NCBI GenBank assembly: GCA_001443385.1
Contig: LDXP01000001.1
Location: 5,285-69,284, forward strand
Origin: Candidatus Rokubacteria bacterium CSP1-6
Lineage (GTDB): Bacteria; Methylomirabilota; Methylomirabilia; Rokubacteriales; CSP1-6
DNA length: 64,000 nt
Direction of reading: 5' to 3'
The position numbers and the translations under genes are program-made. Shown in pieces: positions 39,805 through 48,687 of this stretch (within the stretch, counting starts at the first letter, position 1; each line of letters opens with the position of its first letter). The notes below the pieces were generated by a model that was given only the letters and a program-made list of their open reading frames with translations, was not told where the DNA came from and made no database searches.

Positions 39805-41625
39805 GACCTCATATCGGCCGAAGGAGGGCATCAGGTACGCGCCGGCATACCGGGTGCGGATCTGCTGGAGGAGCACCTGCGCCATCTCGATCCCCTGCCG
39901 GAGCGCGCGGTCTCCCGCCTCCTTCATCCGCGCGCGCACCGCGTCCGGGATCGTGATTCCCGGAACCTCGTTGTGCAGGAACTCGGCGTGGCGGAAGGAG
40001 TGCAGCGGCAGGAGCCCGACGATGATCGGAATGGGGAGGCGACCCGCGCGCGAGAGGAAGCGGTCGAGCACCTCCAGGTCATACACCGGCTGGGTCTGCG
40101 CCCAGCGCGCCCCGGCCTCGACCTTACGAAAGAGACGCGCCAGCTCCTTGTCGGGATCCACGGCGGCCGGGTTGAGGCCCGCCCCAACGTGAAAGCCCGT
40201 CGGCTCGCCGATGGAGTTCCCCGTGGCATCCAGCCCGCCGTTCATGCCCTGAATGATGCGGATGAGCCCAATGGCGTTCACGTCGAAGATGGCCGTGGCG
40301 TTGACGTAGTCCCCGGCCCGGGGCGGGTCCCCTTTGATCGCGAGGATATTCCGGATCCCCATGGCGTGAGCCCCGAGCAGATCGGCCTGGATCCCCATGA
40401 GGTTCCGGTCCCGGCACGTGAAGTGCATGATGATGTCCAGGCCGGTCGCCTCGCGCACGAGCACGGCGGTGGGGAGGACCGACATCCGGATCCGCCCGAG
40501 CGAGCCGTCGTTGATGTCCACCATCTCGACCCCGCGCTCCTTCAGCAGCTTGGCGCCCTGGACCAGCTTCTCGATGTTGTGACCGCGGGGCGGATCGAGC
40601 TCGACCGTCACCAGAAACTCGCCCGCCTCCAGCTTCCGCGCCAGGGGCGTGGGCGCCGCGGCGGTTCGAAGCGCAGGGGCCTCCTCCCGCGCCGGCGGGG
40701 AAACGGAGACACGCCCAGCACGGGCGCGGGTGGGGACGTGGCGGTCCACGGCGGCGCGCATCGCCCGGATGTGGTCGGGGGTGGTGCCGCAGCAGCCGCC
40801 GACGATCCTGGCGCCGGCCTCGAGCATCTTTCCGGCGTACTCAGCCATGTATGCGGGCGACGAGAGGTAGATGAGCCGCTCGCCGACCCGGCTCGGCAGA
40901 CCCGCGTTGGGCTGGATCGAGATCGGCAGCCCGCCGGCTTCGGGGAGCATCTGCTCCAGGATGTCGTAGAGAACGCTGGAGCCGACGGAGCAGTTGGCGC
41001 CGATGACCTGCACGGGCAGCCCGCGGAGCGCGCGTGCCACCTCCACCGCGCTGCGGCCGACGAACGTGACGCCCTCCTCGGTGAACGCCATCTGGGCGAT
41101 GATCGGCAGTTCGTCCGTGAGGGCGCGGATGGCCTCCACCGCCAGCCGGATCTCCCCGAGGTCCGAGAACGTCTCCACGATGAAGGCGTCCACCCCGCCC
41201 TCGAGCAGCCCTTCGGCCTGCTCGCGGAAGGCCGCGCGGCCCTCCTCGACGCCGATGGTCCCGATGGGCGCCAGGTACTTGCCGAGAGGGCCGATGGACC
41301 CGAGCACGAAGGCTTCCCGGCCCGTGGTTTCGCGCACGTCACGGGCCAGCTTCGCCCCCCGCGCGTTGATCTCGCGAACGCGCGCATCGAGGCCGTGAAG
41401 GGCCAGCTTGAACCGGTTCGCGCCGAAGGTGTTGGTCTCGATCAGGTCGGCGCCGGCGGACAGATAGGCAGCGTGGATGGACTGGACGAGCGTCGGGTTG
41501 TTGGCGTTGAAGACGTCGAAGCACCCGTCGAGCGGAACGCCGCCGGCGTACAGCATGGTCCCCATGGCGCCGTCGCAGAGCAGCGGGCCCTCGGCGAGCC
41601 GGGACAGGAACGGGCTCATCGCCAT
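39775..41625 (-). CDS. yitJ: Bifunctional homocysteine S-methyltransferase / 5,10-methylene-THF reductase
   Basis: DGAMGT, TNTFG, GANC, PNAG.P, GGCCG followed by MTHFR (VELDPP, HFTCRDRN, GDPP, TQPVYD). Confidence 0.9.
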   Translation of the reverse strand: MAMSPFLSRLAEGPLLCDGAMGTMLYAGGVPLDGCFDVFNANNPTLVQSIHAAYLSAGADLIETNTFGANRFKLALHGLDARVREINARGAKLARDVRETTGREAFVLGSIGPLGKYLAPIGTIGVEEGRAAFREQAEGLLEGGVDAFIVETFSDLGEIRLAVEAIRALTDELPIIAQMAFTEEGVTFVGRSAVEVARALRGLPVQVIGANCSVGSSVLYDILEQMLPEAGGLPISIQPNAGLPSRVGERLIYLSSPAYMAEYAGKMLEAGARIVGGCCGTTPDHIRAMRAAVDRHVPTRARAGRVSVSPPAREEAPALRTAAAPTPLARKLEAGEFLVTVELDPPRGHNIEKLVQGAKLLKERGVEMVDINDGSLGRIRMSVLPTAVLVREATGLDIIMHFTCRDRNLMGIQADLLGAHAMGIRNILAIKGDPPRAGDYVNATAIFDVNAIGLIRIIQGMNGGLDATGNSIGEPTGFHVGAGLNPAAVDPDKELARLFRKVEAGARWAQTQPVYDLEVLDRFLSRAGRLPIPIIVGLLPLHSFRHAEFLHNEVPGITIPDAVRARMKEAGDRALRQGIEMAQVLLQQIRTRYAGAYLMPSFGRYEVVAEVLDALR

Positions 41626-42149
41626 CAGCCCACCCGCTCCCGCTGGCGGAGGAGGGAGAGAATCCGCCGCACCACCTGGTCGACGCCCAGGCCGGCCGTT
41701 TCGACCACGAGGTGGGCCTGCCGGTAGTAGGGCTCGCGGCCGTGATAGAGGGCGGCGACCTCTTCCTTGGGCTTGCCCTCGAGCATGGGACGCGAGCCGG
41801 ACCGCAGCGCCCGCGCGTAGAGCGCCTCGAACTCGCTCGCGAGCCAGACCACCGTCCCCATCGCCTTCAGCGCCTCCATGCGCCCCTCCCGGCAGGGGAA
41901 CCCGCCGCCGGTCGCGATCACGTCGCCGCGCTTGAGTCTGAGCAGATCGAGGAGGTCGGCTTCGAGTTGCCGGAACCGCGCCTCCCCCTCGGCCCGGAAG
42001 ATCTCCGCAATCGACCGGCCATCCCGGGCCACGATGAGATCGTCGGTTTCGACGAAGCAGCGGCCGAGCCGCTTCGCCAGGAGCCGTCCCACCGACGACT
42101 TCCCGGCTCCCATGAACCCGACGAGAATGATGTTCTCACCCGCGTCCAT
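41625..42149 (-). CDS. aroK: Shikimate kinase
   Basis: GFMGAGKS, EIF..EGEA.FR..E, IATGGG, RPML. Confidence 0.92.
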   Translation of the reverse strand: MDAGENIILVGFMGAGKSSVGRLLAKRLGRCFVETDDLIVARDGRSIAEIFRAEGEARFRQLEADLLDLLRLKRGDVIATGGGFPCREGRMEALKAMGTVVWLASEFEALYARALRSGSRPMLEGKPKEEVAALYHGREPYYRQAHLVVETAGLGVDQVVRRILSLLRQRERVG

Positions 42150-42173
42150 ATGTGCGAAGCATGGTACCACAGA

Positions 42174-42908
42174 TCAATTCCGGCGAACCGTCCGCTCGGC
42201 CGGCGCGCGGCGATAGGCGCACGCCTTCATCCAGCAGCGACGGCACTGGGTGAAGTAGTGGTCCACGCGCGCCTCGGCGCCGATTCCCACGAGGAACGAA
42301 ATGCTCTTGGTGGGCGTCATGAAGCACGCGCTGTTCAGCGTCACTCCCGCGGGGTCGCCCGGGCAGAGGCTGAAGACGAGGTGCTGTTCGGACACGTCCC
42401 ATCCCGCGTAGCCGGGGCTGATGCGATTCGTGACTTTCAGCCGCTCGCCAATGGCCACCTGGCAGAGGAGGTCGTTCACGTACTCCGCGAGGCACTCCGC
42501 CGAGGCCGAGCCGACGCTGTCGAGCATCGCCGCCAGGGGGAGTTCCCGGGATTCCCAGAGCTCCCCCACTCGGCTCTCCAGGGCCTCTCCGATCGTGCAG
42601 ATCGCGATGCCCACGCTCTCGACCGCCCCCCACAGCCGGCCGATCTCGGGAATGCGCAACTCCACCCCGCCCGCCGCGGTGATGGAGTCGGCCCCCCGGG
42701 CGGTCACGGTGACCGCCCGGTACACCGCGCGGGGCTTCATGAGGCGCTCACCTTCCGCGAGCGCCTGCTCGTAGATTTCGGCCACGGCGGGAGCGGGACG
42801 GTCCCTGCCCTTCTTGTACCCCTGGAAACGGAGAACCTCCTCAGGGTCGATCTGGAGGGGAACCTCGGAGATGACGACGGGCTGCGTGGAGAGAACCGAC
42901 CGAATCAC
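42174..42908 (-). CDS. Stand-alone B12-dependent methionine synthase activation-domain protein
   Basis: ICTIG..LE, LDS.GS, RISPGY..W, M.P.KS.S, C-terminal CRRCWMKAC; GTGA overlap. Confidence 0.8.
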   Translation of the reverse strand: MIRSVLSTQPVVISEVPLQIDPEEVLRFQGYKKGRDRPAPAVAEIYEQALAEGERLMKPRAVYRAVTVTARGADSITAAGGVELRIPEIGRLWGAVESVGIAICTIGEALESRVGELWESRELPLAAMLDSVGSASAECLAEYVNDLLCQVAIGERLKVTNRISPGYAGWDVSEQHLVFSLCPGDPAGVTLNSACFMTPTKSISFLVGIGAEARVDHYFTQCRRCWMKACAYRRAPAERTVRRN

Positions 42909-43819
42909 TTCTTGCGGGAGCGGACGACCTCCGCGATGCGGCGGATATGCTCCGGCGTCGAGCCGCAACAGGACCCGACGATATCGCAGCCGGCATCGAG
43001 GAGCGCGGGATACTGGCGCGCCATCTCCTCCGGCCCCAGCTCGTAGGTGACCCGCCCGTCGGTCATGACGGGAAGACCCGCGTTGGGGTACGCGACCAGC
43101 GGCGCATCGGTCACCTGACGCATCTCCCGGATGATGACGATGGCGCGGTCGGGCCCGCGCCCGCAGTTCATGCCGACCACGTCGGCCCCGGCGCCGAGGA
43201 GGGTTTTGGCCACGTCGGCGGGGCTCTCCCCCCACATCGTCCGGTCGCGGTCGTGCTCGGGCTCGTACTGGAAGAACATGGTCGCCATCACGGGTAGGTC
43301 CGCCGCGGCCTTGCACGCGCGGATGGCGGCGGTGGCCTCCTGGGGGAACATCATCGTCTCGACCGCGAAGAGGTCCACGCCGCCTTCGGCCAGCGCCTCG
43401 GCCTGCTCCTTGAAGTTCTCGAAGTACTGCTCGTCGCTGGTGTCGCCGAGCGGCTCGTACTCGAGGGGGAGATGGCTCGTGGGGCCGATGGACCCGGCCA
43501 CCCACTTGCCGGGAGGGCAGACGTCGCGCGCGAGGCGCGCCCCCTTGACGTTGAGCTCGCGGGTCCGCTCAGCGATCCTGTAGGCCCCGAGCTTCAGCCG
43601 CGTGCCGCCGAAGGTGTTGGTCTCGACGAAGTCCGAGCCGGCGTCGAAGTACCCTTTGTGGATCCCGCGGACGACGTCGGGGTGGGTGTCGTTCCACAGC
43701 TCCGGGCAGGCGCCGTCCGCGAGCCCCGCCGCGAAGAGCATGGTCCCGTACCCGCCGTCGAAGACGAGGATCTCCCCGGCCTTGACCCGCTGGATCAGCT
43801 CCGCCCCGCGCCCCGCCAT
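42905..43819 (-). CDS. Stand-alone homocysteine S-methyltransferase domain (MetH N-terminal type)
   Basis: DGGYGT, ETNTFG, GSIGP, VETM, GMNCG, PNAGLP, GSCCG. Confidence 0.9.
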   Translation of the reverse strand: MAGRGAELIQRVKAGEILVFDGGYGTMLFAAGLADGACPELWNDTHPDVVRGIHKGYFDAGSDFVETNTFGGTRLKLGAYRIAERTRELNVKGARLARDVCPPGKWVAGSIGPTSHLPLEYEPLGDTSDEQYFENFKEQAEALAEGGVDLFAVETMMFPQEATAAIRACKAAADLPVMATMFFQYEPEHDRDRTMWGESPADVAKTLLGAGADVVGMNCGRGPDRAIVIIREMRQVTDAPLVAYPNAGLPVMTDGRVTYELGPEEMARQYPALLDAGCDIVGSCCGSTPEHIRRIAEVVRSRKK

Positions 43820-43826
43820 GCGGTTC

Positions 43827-44501
43827 CTACCTCGCGGCCCCGGCGGCCACTTCCTTGCCCAAGAGGACCTTGGCCTTGATCACCGCCAGGGTAGAGTCCC
43901 TGGCGTAGCCGTCGGCGCCGATCTCGTCGGCGTATGCCTGGGACACGGGCGCCCCGCCGATCATCACCTTGACCCGCTCGCGGACTCCGGCTTTGATCAG
44001 CGCGTCGATGGTCCGCTTCATGGCCGGCATCGTGGTGGTCATCAGCGCCGAGATCCCCACGACGTCGGCGTTGTGCTCCTGGACCGCGGCCACGAAAACC
44101 TCCGGCGCGACGTCGCGGCCGAGGTTGAACACCTTGAACCCCGCGCCCTCCAGCATCATGGCGACCAGGTTCTTGCCGATGTCGTGGAGGTCGCCCTGGG
44201 CCGTGCCGATGACGACCGTTCCCAGGTACTGGGAGGTCTTCGACGCCGTGATGAGCGGCTTCAGGAGATCGAGGCCGGCGTACATGGCGCGGGCGGACAG
44301 GAGCACCTGGGGGACGTAGTACTCGTTGCGCCGGAACTTCTCGCCGACGACGTCCATACCCGGAATGAGTCCCTTGAAGATGAGCTCCTTGGGGTCCATC
44401 CGGAGATCGAGCCCTTCCCGCGTCTTCCGGGCGACCGTGTCCTTGTCGCCCAGGATCAGGGCGCGCGCCATGACCGGGTAGTCGAAGTTGTCGTCGCTCA
44501 T
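43827..44501 (-). CDS. Corrinoid (cobalamin-binding) protein
   Basis: Cap domain, GDLHDIGKNLV, SALMTTT, IGGAPV. Confidence 0.93.
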   Translation of the reverse strand: MSDDNFDYPVMARALILGDKDTVARKTREGLDLRMDPKELIFKGLIPGMDVVGEKFRRNEYYVPQVLLSARAMYAGLDLLKPLITASKTSQYLGTVVIGTAQGDLHDIGKNLVAMMLEGAGFKVFNLGRDVAPEVFVAAVQEHNADVVGISALMTTTMPAMKRTIDALIKAGVRERVKVMIGGAPVSQAYADEIGADGYARDSTLAVIKAKVLLGKEVAAGAAR

Positions 44502-44569
44502 CGTGGCTCTTTCTATCACAGGCAGGCGGGGTTAGCAAGCAGAGGAGGCCGCGCGGGCGTGCCCGGGCG

Positions 44570-44601
44570 AAAAAAAAGGAGCGGGTCGGACGACCCGCTC
44601 C
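44570..44601 (-). terminator. Rho-independent terminator of the FecR cluster
   Basis: GGAGCGGGTC stem hairpin followed by T8 on the minus strand. Confidence 0.85.
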
Positions 44602-44626
44602 AGGACGCTTCGCGGTTCAGCGAGAC

Positions 44627-45691
44627 TTACTTCCGATCTCTCCAGCGCCAGCGGTGGTCGTCACCGCGCCAATGACGAAAGGAATGCCAGGTTCCGCTTC
44701 CTGCGCCGATCCCGTGGCCGTTGCCCCCACTGTTTACTTGACCCAGCGCGAGCTCGGTGCCGCTGCCTTTCCCGCTGCTCTGAGAGCTCTGACCTCCAGC
44801 GGAGCTGGGGCTCTGATTGCCTTGACCGCCTTGTCCGCCGTTGCCGCGGGTGCGGACGTCTCCACCGACCTGCTCGATGCCCCTGGCGCTCTGCGATGAA
44901 ACCGCCTGCGCCACCTGCTCCACCTTCTCCGCGACGGCCGCGGCCCTGTCCCCGCTCCGGGCCTCCTGCGGACGCGGCGGCGTCAGCCCCTTCAGAAGCA
45001 CTCTCAACTCATTCGCGCTGACCTGAAACCGTATCGGGTCCTGTCTCCCGCTTACCCGCACCGCCTCATATGCCCCGATTCGCTCCGCCCGGCCCGTCCC
45101 CGCCAGCGGGTTCGACACGTCGACCAGGCCGGAGAGGGTCACCACCACCGTCTCGCCTGACGCGGCCGCGCTGTCTCCGACTCCGTGCGCAACCTCTCGA
45201 ACTCCTAGAAGCCCGAACGCCGGGGCCTGGACCGGTCGCTCCACCGTTTCGACGATGAAGTCCGTCCCACGCACGGACGCGACCGTGTTAAATGTCCACA
45301 CTTCTACCTGATCCCCCGGCCGCATCAACATCCGCGCCACCGAGGCCCGAATTCTCCCCGATACGAGGTCGGCCACGTAGCGAACCCCTTCGGCCCGCTT
45401 CTCCTCGCGCAATTCCAGGCGGGTGAGCTCGCGCACCGTCACCGTGGCCTTGCCCCCCAGCAGAACACGCGCGATCCCGTTCTTGCGCGCCTCCACTACA
45501 TCGCGCCAGAAGAGATTATCCCTGAACTTGAGTTGGTGGGGCGTCACGTCTGCCCGGGCCACGGTGACCGGCCCGGCGACGGCCATCACCTGACCGGCGG
45601 CTTTCGAGGTTTCGGCGGCGGCCATGCCGGTGAACAGGGTTCCCGCCATCACGCTCACCATCAGAACTAGGAACACGCGTGTGTGTCTCAT
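44627..45691 (-). CDS. Secreted FecR-domain protein (paralogue 3) with Gly/Gln/Ser tail and Trp/Arg-rich C-terminus
   Basis: Signal peptide, VTVRE..RLEL, L.SGR.RA, T..TVASVRGTDF.VE, LSG.V.V. Confidence 0.82.
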   Translation of the reverse strand: MRHTRVFLVLMVSVMAGTLFTGMAAAETSKAAGQVMAVAGPVTVARADVTPHQLKFRDNLFWRDVVEARKNGIARVLLGGKATVTVRELTRLELREEKRAEGVRYVADLVSGRIRASVARMLMRPGDQVEVWTFNTVASVRGTDFIVETVERPVQAPAFGLLGVREVAHGVGDSAAASGETVVVTLSGLVDVSNPLAGTGRAERIGAYEAVRVSGRQDPIRFQVSANELRVLLKGLTPPRPQEARSGDRAAAVAEKVEQVAQAVSSQSARGIEQVGGDVRTRGNGGQGGQGNQSPSSAGGQSSQSSGKGSGTELALGQVNSGGNGHGIGAGSGTWHSFRHWRGDDHRWRWRDRK

Positions 45692-45706
45692 CTCTGACCT
45701 CGCGGA

Positions 45707-47026
45707 CTACTTCTTGGCCTGCCCCGGCGGTGTCGCCGGCTTGTTGCCGTTTCCAGGATTTCCGACCGCGGCCGCAGGAACAGCCGGCACGGCCGGCGTC
45801 GCTGGAGTCGCGGGCCCGGCCACCGCCGCAGGAGTTGCTCGAGTCGCCGGCACGGCTGGCACCGCCGGAGTTGCGGGCAAAGCTGCTGCCGCAGGCGTCG
45901 CCGGTGTGGCCGGCGTTGCAGGAGTTGCAGCCGTCGCTGGCGTTGCGGGAGTCGCCGGGGTCGCCGGCACGGCGGCCACCGCGGGCGTCGCGGGAGCTGC
46001 AGGGGTCGCCGGAGTCGCCGGAGCCGCGGGGGTCGCTGGAGTTGCGGGCTCGGCCGCTGCCGCGGGGGTTGCTGGTGTCGCCGGCCCCGCTGGGGTCGCG
46101 GCGGATTGACCATTGCCTTCACCTGGGCCGCTGCCCTGTTGGCCGCTGCCCTGGCCAGTCCCCTGCTGATTTGCCTGACCGGAGCCCCCGCCATCACCAC
46201 CGCCCTGCTCGAACACCCGCACGCTCCGCGCGGAAGTCGCCAGCGCGACCCGCTCGACCTTGCTCCCGACCGCCTCGCTCTTGTCCCCGCTCCGGGCTTC
46301 CTGCGGGCGAGGCGGCGTGAGCCCCTGCAACAGCACCTTCAGGTCATCGCCGGTGAGCCGAACCCTCAGGGGATCCTGTCGCCCGCTCACGCGCACGGCC
46401 TCATAGGCCCGGACGCTCTCCGCCCGGCCCGTCCCCGCCAGCCGGTTCGACACATCCACAACGCCCGACAGCGTGATGACGACCGTCTCGCCCGACTGGG
46501 ACCCTGCATCCGCCATTGCCTGGGCGACCTGTCGGACTCCCAGAAGCCCAAAGGCCGGCGCCTGCGAGGGCACCGCCAGGGTCTCCACGATGAAGTCCGT
46601 CCCGCGGACCGAGGCCACCGCGTTCTTCGTCCGGATCTCGACCTGGTCACCGGGGCGCATCAGCATCCGCGCCACCGAGGCCCGCACCTTCCCCGACACG
46701 AGCTCGGCGGTGTAGCGGATCCCCTCGGGCATCACCTCTTCGCGGAGTTCCAGGCGGGAGAGTTCCCGCACCGTCACCGTCGTCTTTCCCGCGAGCAGCA
46801 TCCGCGCGATCCCGTCTTTGCGGGCTTCCACCACGTCGCGCCAGAAGAGGGTGTCGCGGAACTTCAAGGGTTGGGGAGTTGCCGACAGTCGCGCCACGGT
46901 TACAGGGCCAGCCACCGCTGTCACCGTCCCGGCACTGCTCAGGTTCTCGGCGCGCCCGACTGACGCGGACGCCACCCCCACCAGGACGGCTACTCCGGCT
47001 AGCAGCAGCCTAGGAGCCTTCTTCAT
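45707..47026 (-). CDS. Secreted FecR-domain protein (paralogue 2) with Pro-Ala-Thr repeat tail ending PPGQAKK
   Basis: AGGAG RBS, signal peptide, TKNAVASVRGTDFIVE; start placed at ATG 47026. Confidence 0.82.
   Translation of the reverse strand: MKKAPRLLLAGVAVLVGVASASVGRAENLSSAGTVTAVAGPVTVARLSATPQPLKFRDTLFWRDVVEARKDGIARMLLAGKTTVTVRELSRLELREEVMPEGIRYTAELVSGKVRASVARMLMRPGDQVEIRTKNAVASVRGTDFIVETLAVPSQAPAFGLLGVRQVAQAMADAGSQSGETVVITLSGVVDVSNRLAGTGRAESVRAYEAVRVSGRQDPLRVRLTGDDLKVLLQGLTPPRPQEARSGDKSEAVGSKVERVALATSARSVRVFEQGGGDGGGSGQANQQGTGQGSGQQGSGPGEGNGQSAATPAGPATPATPAAAAEPATPATPAAPATPATPAAPATPAVAAVPATPATPATPATAATPATPATPATPAAAALPATPAVPAVPATRATPAAVAGPATPATPAVPAVPAAAVGNPGNGNKPATPPGQAKK
45764..46105 (-). 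repeat. Degenerate 9-bp tandem repeat encoding (Pro-Ala-Thr/Val)n, ~114 aa
   Basis: PATPATPAA... with varied synonymous codons. Confidence 0.9.
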
Positions 47027-47141
47027 AGAGTCTCCTGAAGAACCGACTGCCGGCGGGCCAGGTACGGAGCCTCGCCGAACCTTCCTCCCCGACGCCCAAC
47101 AAAGGCCATCAGGAAGGGACTTGGCGACTGCGAAGTACCGG

Positions 47142-47157
47142 AGCAGCATTCATGCCA
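47142..47157 (-). promoter_or_regulatory. sigma54 -24/-12 promoter for FecR paralogues 2-3
   Basis: TGGCATGAATGCTGCT; IHF-like AATTAAGGAGTTA upstream. Confidence 0.7.
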
Positions 47158-47360
47158 GCCGATTCCCTCTCCGGCCGACGTGTAACTCCTTAATTTTTCA
47201 ACTCACTCACTGTCCAAGATGGCCATCTCCCTGCCAGGAAGGCACGCCGTCAGTGCCGAAAAGGACACCCGGCATTTCTCTTGACGCCTGTGGGTAACTC
47301 TACCCTATAGAGCCAGATTAGATTTCTGTCAAGGCCGTTCCGTTTTATTCTCTTATATTC

Positions 47361-48119
47361 CTACTTGCTACTCGGCCCTGTCGCCGTGGCTTCGTGCGGC
47401 CGTACCGGAGTCAGCCCCTTCAGAAATGATTTCATGTCGTCTCCCTGGATCTGAAGCCGGATGGGCTCCCCTTGCCCGCTGATCCGTGCCGTCTCGTACG
47501 CCCCGACCCGCTCGGCCCGGCCCGTCGCCTCCAGCCCGTTCGCTACTTCCACCACGCCCGACAGCGTCACCACCACCGTCTCCTCCGACCGGGCCGCGCC
47601 GCCGTGGATCCCTTCCGCGACCTCCCGCCCCGCCAGGAGCCCGAATGCTCTCCTCGGCGCCGGCCGCTCCCCCGTCTCCACGATGAAGTCCGTCCCCCGC
47701 ACCGACGCCACGGCGTTCCGCGTCCGCACTTCCACCTGCTCGCCCGGACCCATCAGCGCCCGCGCCACCGACGCCCGCACCTTCCCCGCCACGAGCTCCA
47801 CCGTGTAGCGCACCCCGTCCGCCCGCGCCTCCTCGCGCAACTCCAGCCGCGACAGCTCCCGCACCGTCACCGTCGTCTTCCCTCCGAGCAGGATGCGCGC
47901 AATCCCGTCCTTGCGCGCTTCGACCACGTCGCGCGAGTAGAGGGTGTCGCGGATCTTGAGGCGTTGGGGAGCCGCCGCCAGCCGCGTCACCGTGACGTTA
48001 CCGGAGACCGCCGTCACGGTACCCACAGCAGTCGGGGTCTGAGCGCTGGCGATCCCGGGGGCCCCGGTCACAAAGAGCGCGACCGCCCCCGTCACCAGCA
48101 GAATCAGGGCCTTCGTCAC
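47361..48119 (-). CDS. Secreted FecR-domain protein (paralogue 1, no tail)
   Basis: Signal peptide ASA-Q, TRNAVASVRGTDFIVE; GGAGAG RBS. Confidence 0.82.
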   Translation of the reverse strand: MTKALILLVTGAVALFVTGAPGIASAQTPTAVGTVTAVSGNVTVTRLAAAPQRLKIRDTLYSRDVVEARKDGIARILLGGKTTVTVRELSRLELREEARADGVRYTVELVAGKVRASVARALMGPGEQVEVRTRNAVASVRGTDFIVETGERPAPRRAFGLLAGREVAEGIHGGAARSEETVVVTLSGVVEVANGLEATGRAERVGAYETARISGQGEPIRLQIQGDDMKSFLKGLTPVRPHEATATGPSSK

Positions 48120-48235
48120 GAACTCTCCAGATCACTGACCGTCGGTCGGGCCCCAATTGCTCCTCACCGACGCTTCCCTCTGGGCAAACTGCACACGGCC
48201 CCCAAAGGGGGACAATACGACTCTGCCCAAATTAA

Positions 48236-48268
48236 AGCAGAGTTCGTGCCAGAGCTAAGCGATTGATT
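48236..48268 (-). promoter_or_regulatory. sigma54 promoter with adjacent IHF site for FecR paralogue 1
   Basis: TGGCACGAACTCTGCT (48236-48251) and AATCAATCGCTTA (48256-48268, exact WATCAANNNNTTR). Confidence 0.78.
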
Positions 48269-48687
48269 CTATTGAGTCCAGTTACCACCCCCCTCTTCTA
48301 GCGGCTCAATCTGGCAACCCGTTCGAAGCCGCTTTGGTCAAGGTGACAATCCCCTACTTCCTGTGCCGGCAAGCGCGCTCGATCCAGGGTCTGTCCCGTC
48401 GGGGCCTGCCTTTGCTCCTGCCTTGATCTGCAGCCGATGTGCCAATAGACGGCGGCGTGACGGTCTTTTGTTACAGCGGGAACGGCTGACGGGTGGCAGG
48501 AACAGGCGCCGAGGCGCCCAAGGGGTAGTGGAAAATCTTGGCGGGCCGGGCAGAGAGTTGTCAGCCCGTCACTCGGCGACAAAAGCTGGCAGAGGGCCGG
48601 GTGGCCGGTAAGAAATCCCGGCGGAGCAAGTGCCCAAATCCGTCAGGGGGGCCGCTCCGCGCGGGTGGCGGCAGGCTCAGGCGGGAA

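Noticed and set aside
44502-44570. Cobalamin or SAM riboswitch before the corrinoid operon
   Set aside because: Only ~70 bp between terminator and start codon; no B12-box or S-box motifs
45764-46105. Repeat array as a possible CRISPR
   Set aside because: 9-bp in-frame coding period with no spacers, and no cas genes in the window
45624-46109. Plus-strand (Gly-Val-Ala)n ORF resembling a silk/elastin-like protein
   Set aside because: It is the reverse complement of the PAT repeat; no RBS or promoter support
48181-48225. GGCAAAC...AAAG...GGAC resembling a c-di-GMP-I riboswitch
   Set aside because: On the strand opposite the gene, and lacks the GNRA tetraloop/receptor and GCAAA arrangement
48298-48611. 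Short ORFs between the cyclase and FecR paralogue 1
   Set aside because: Atypical codon usage and no motifs; more likely the enhancer region of the sigma54 promoter
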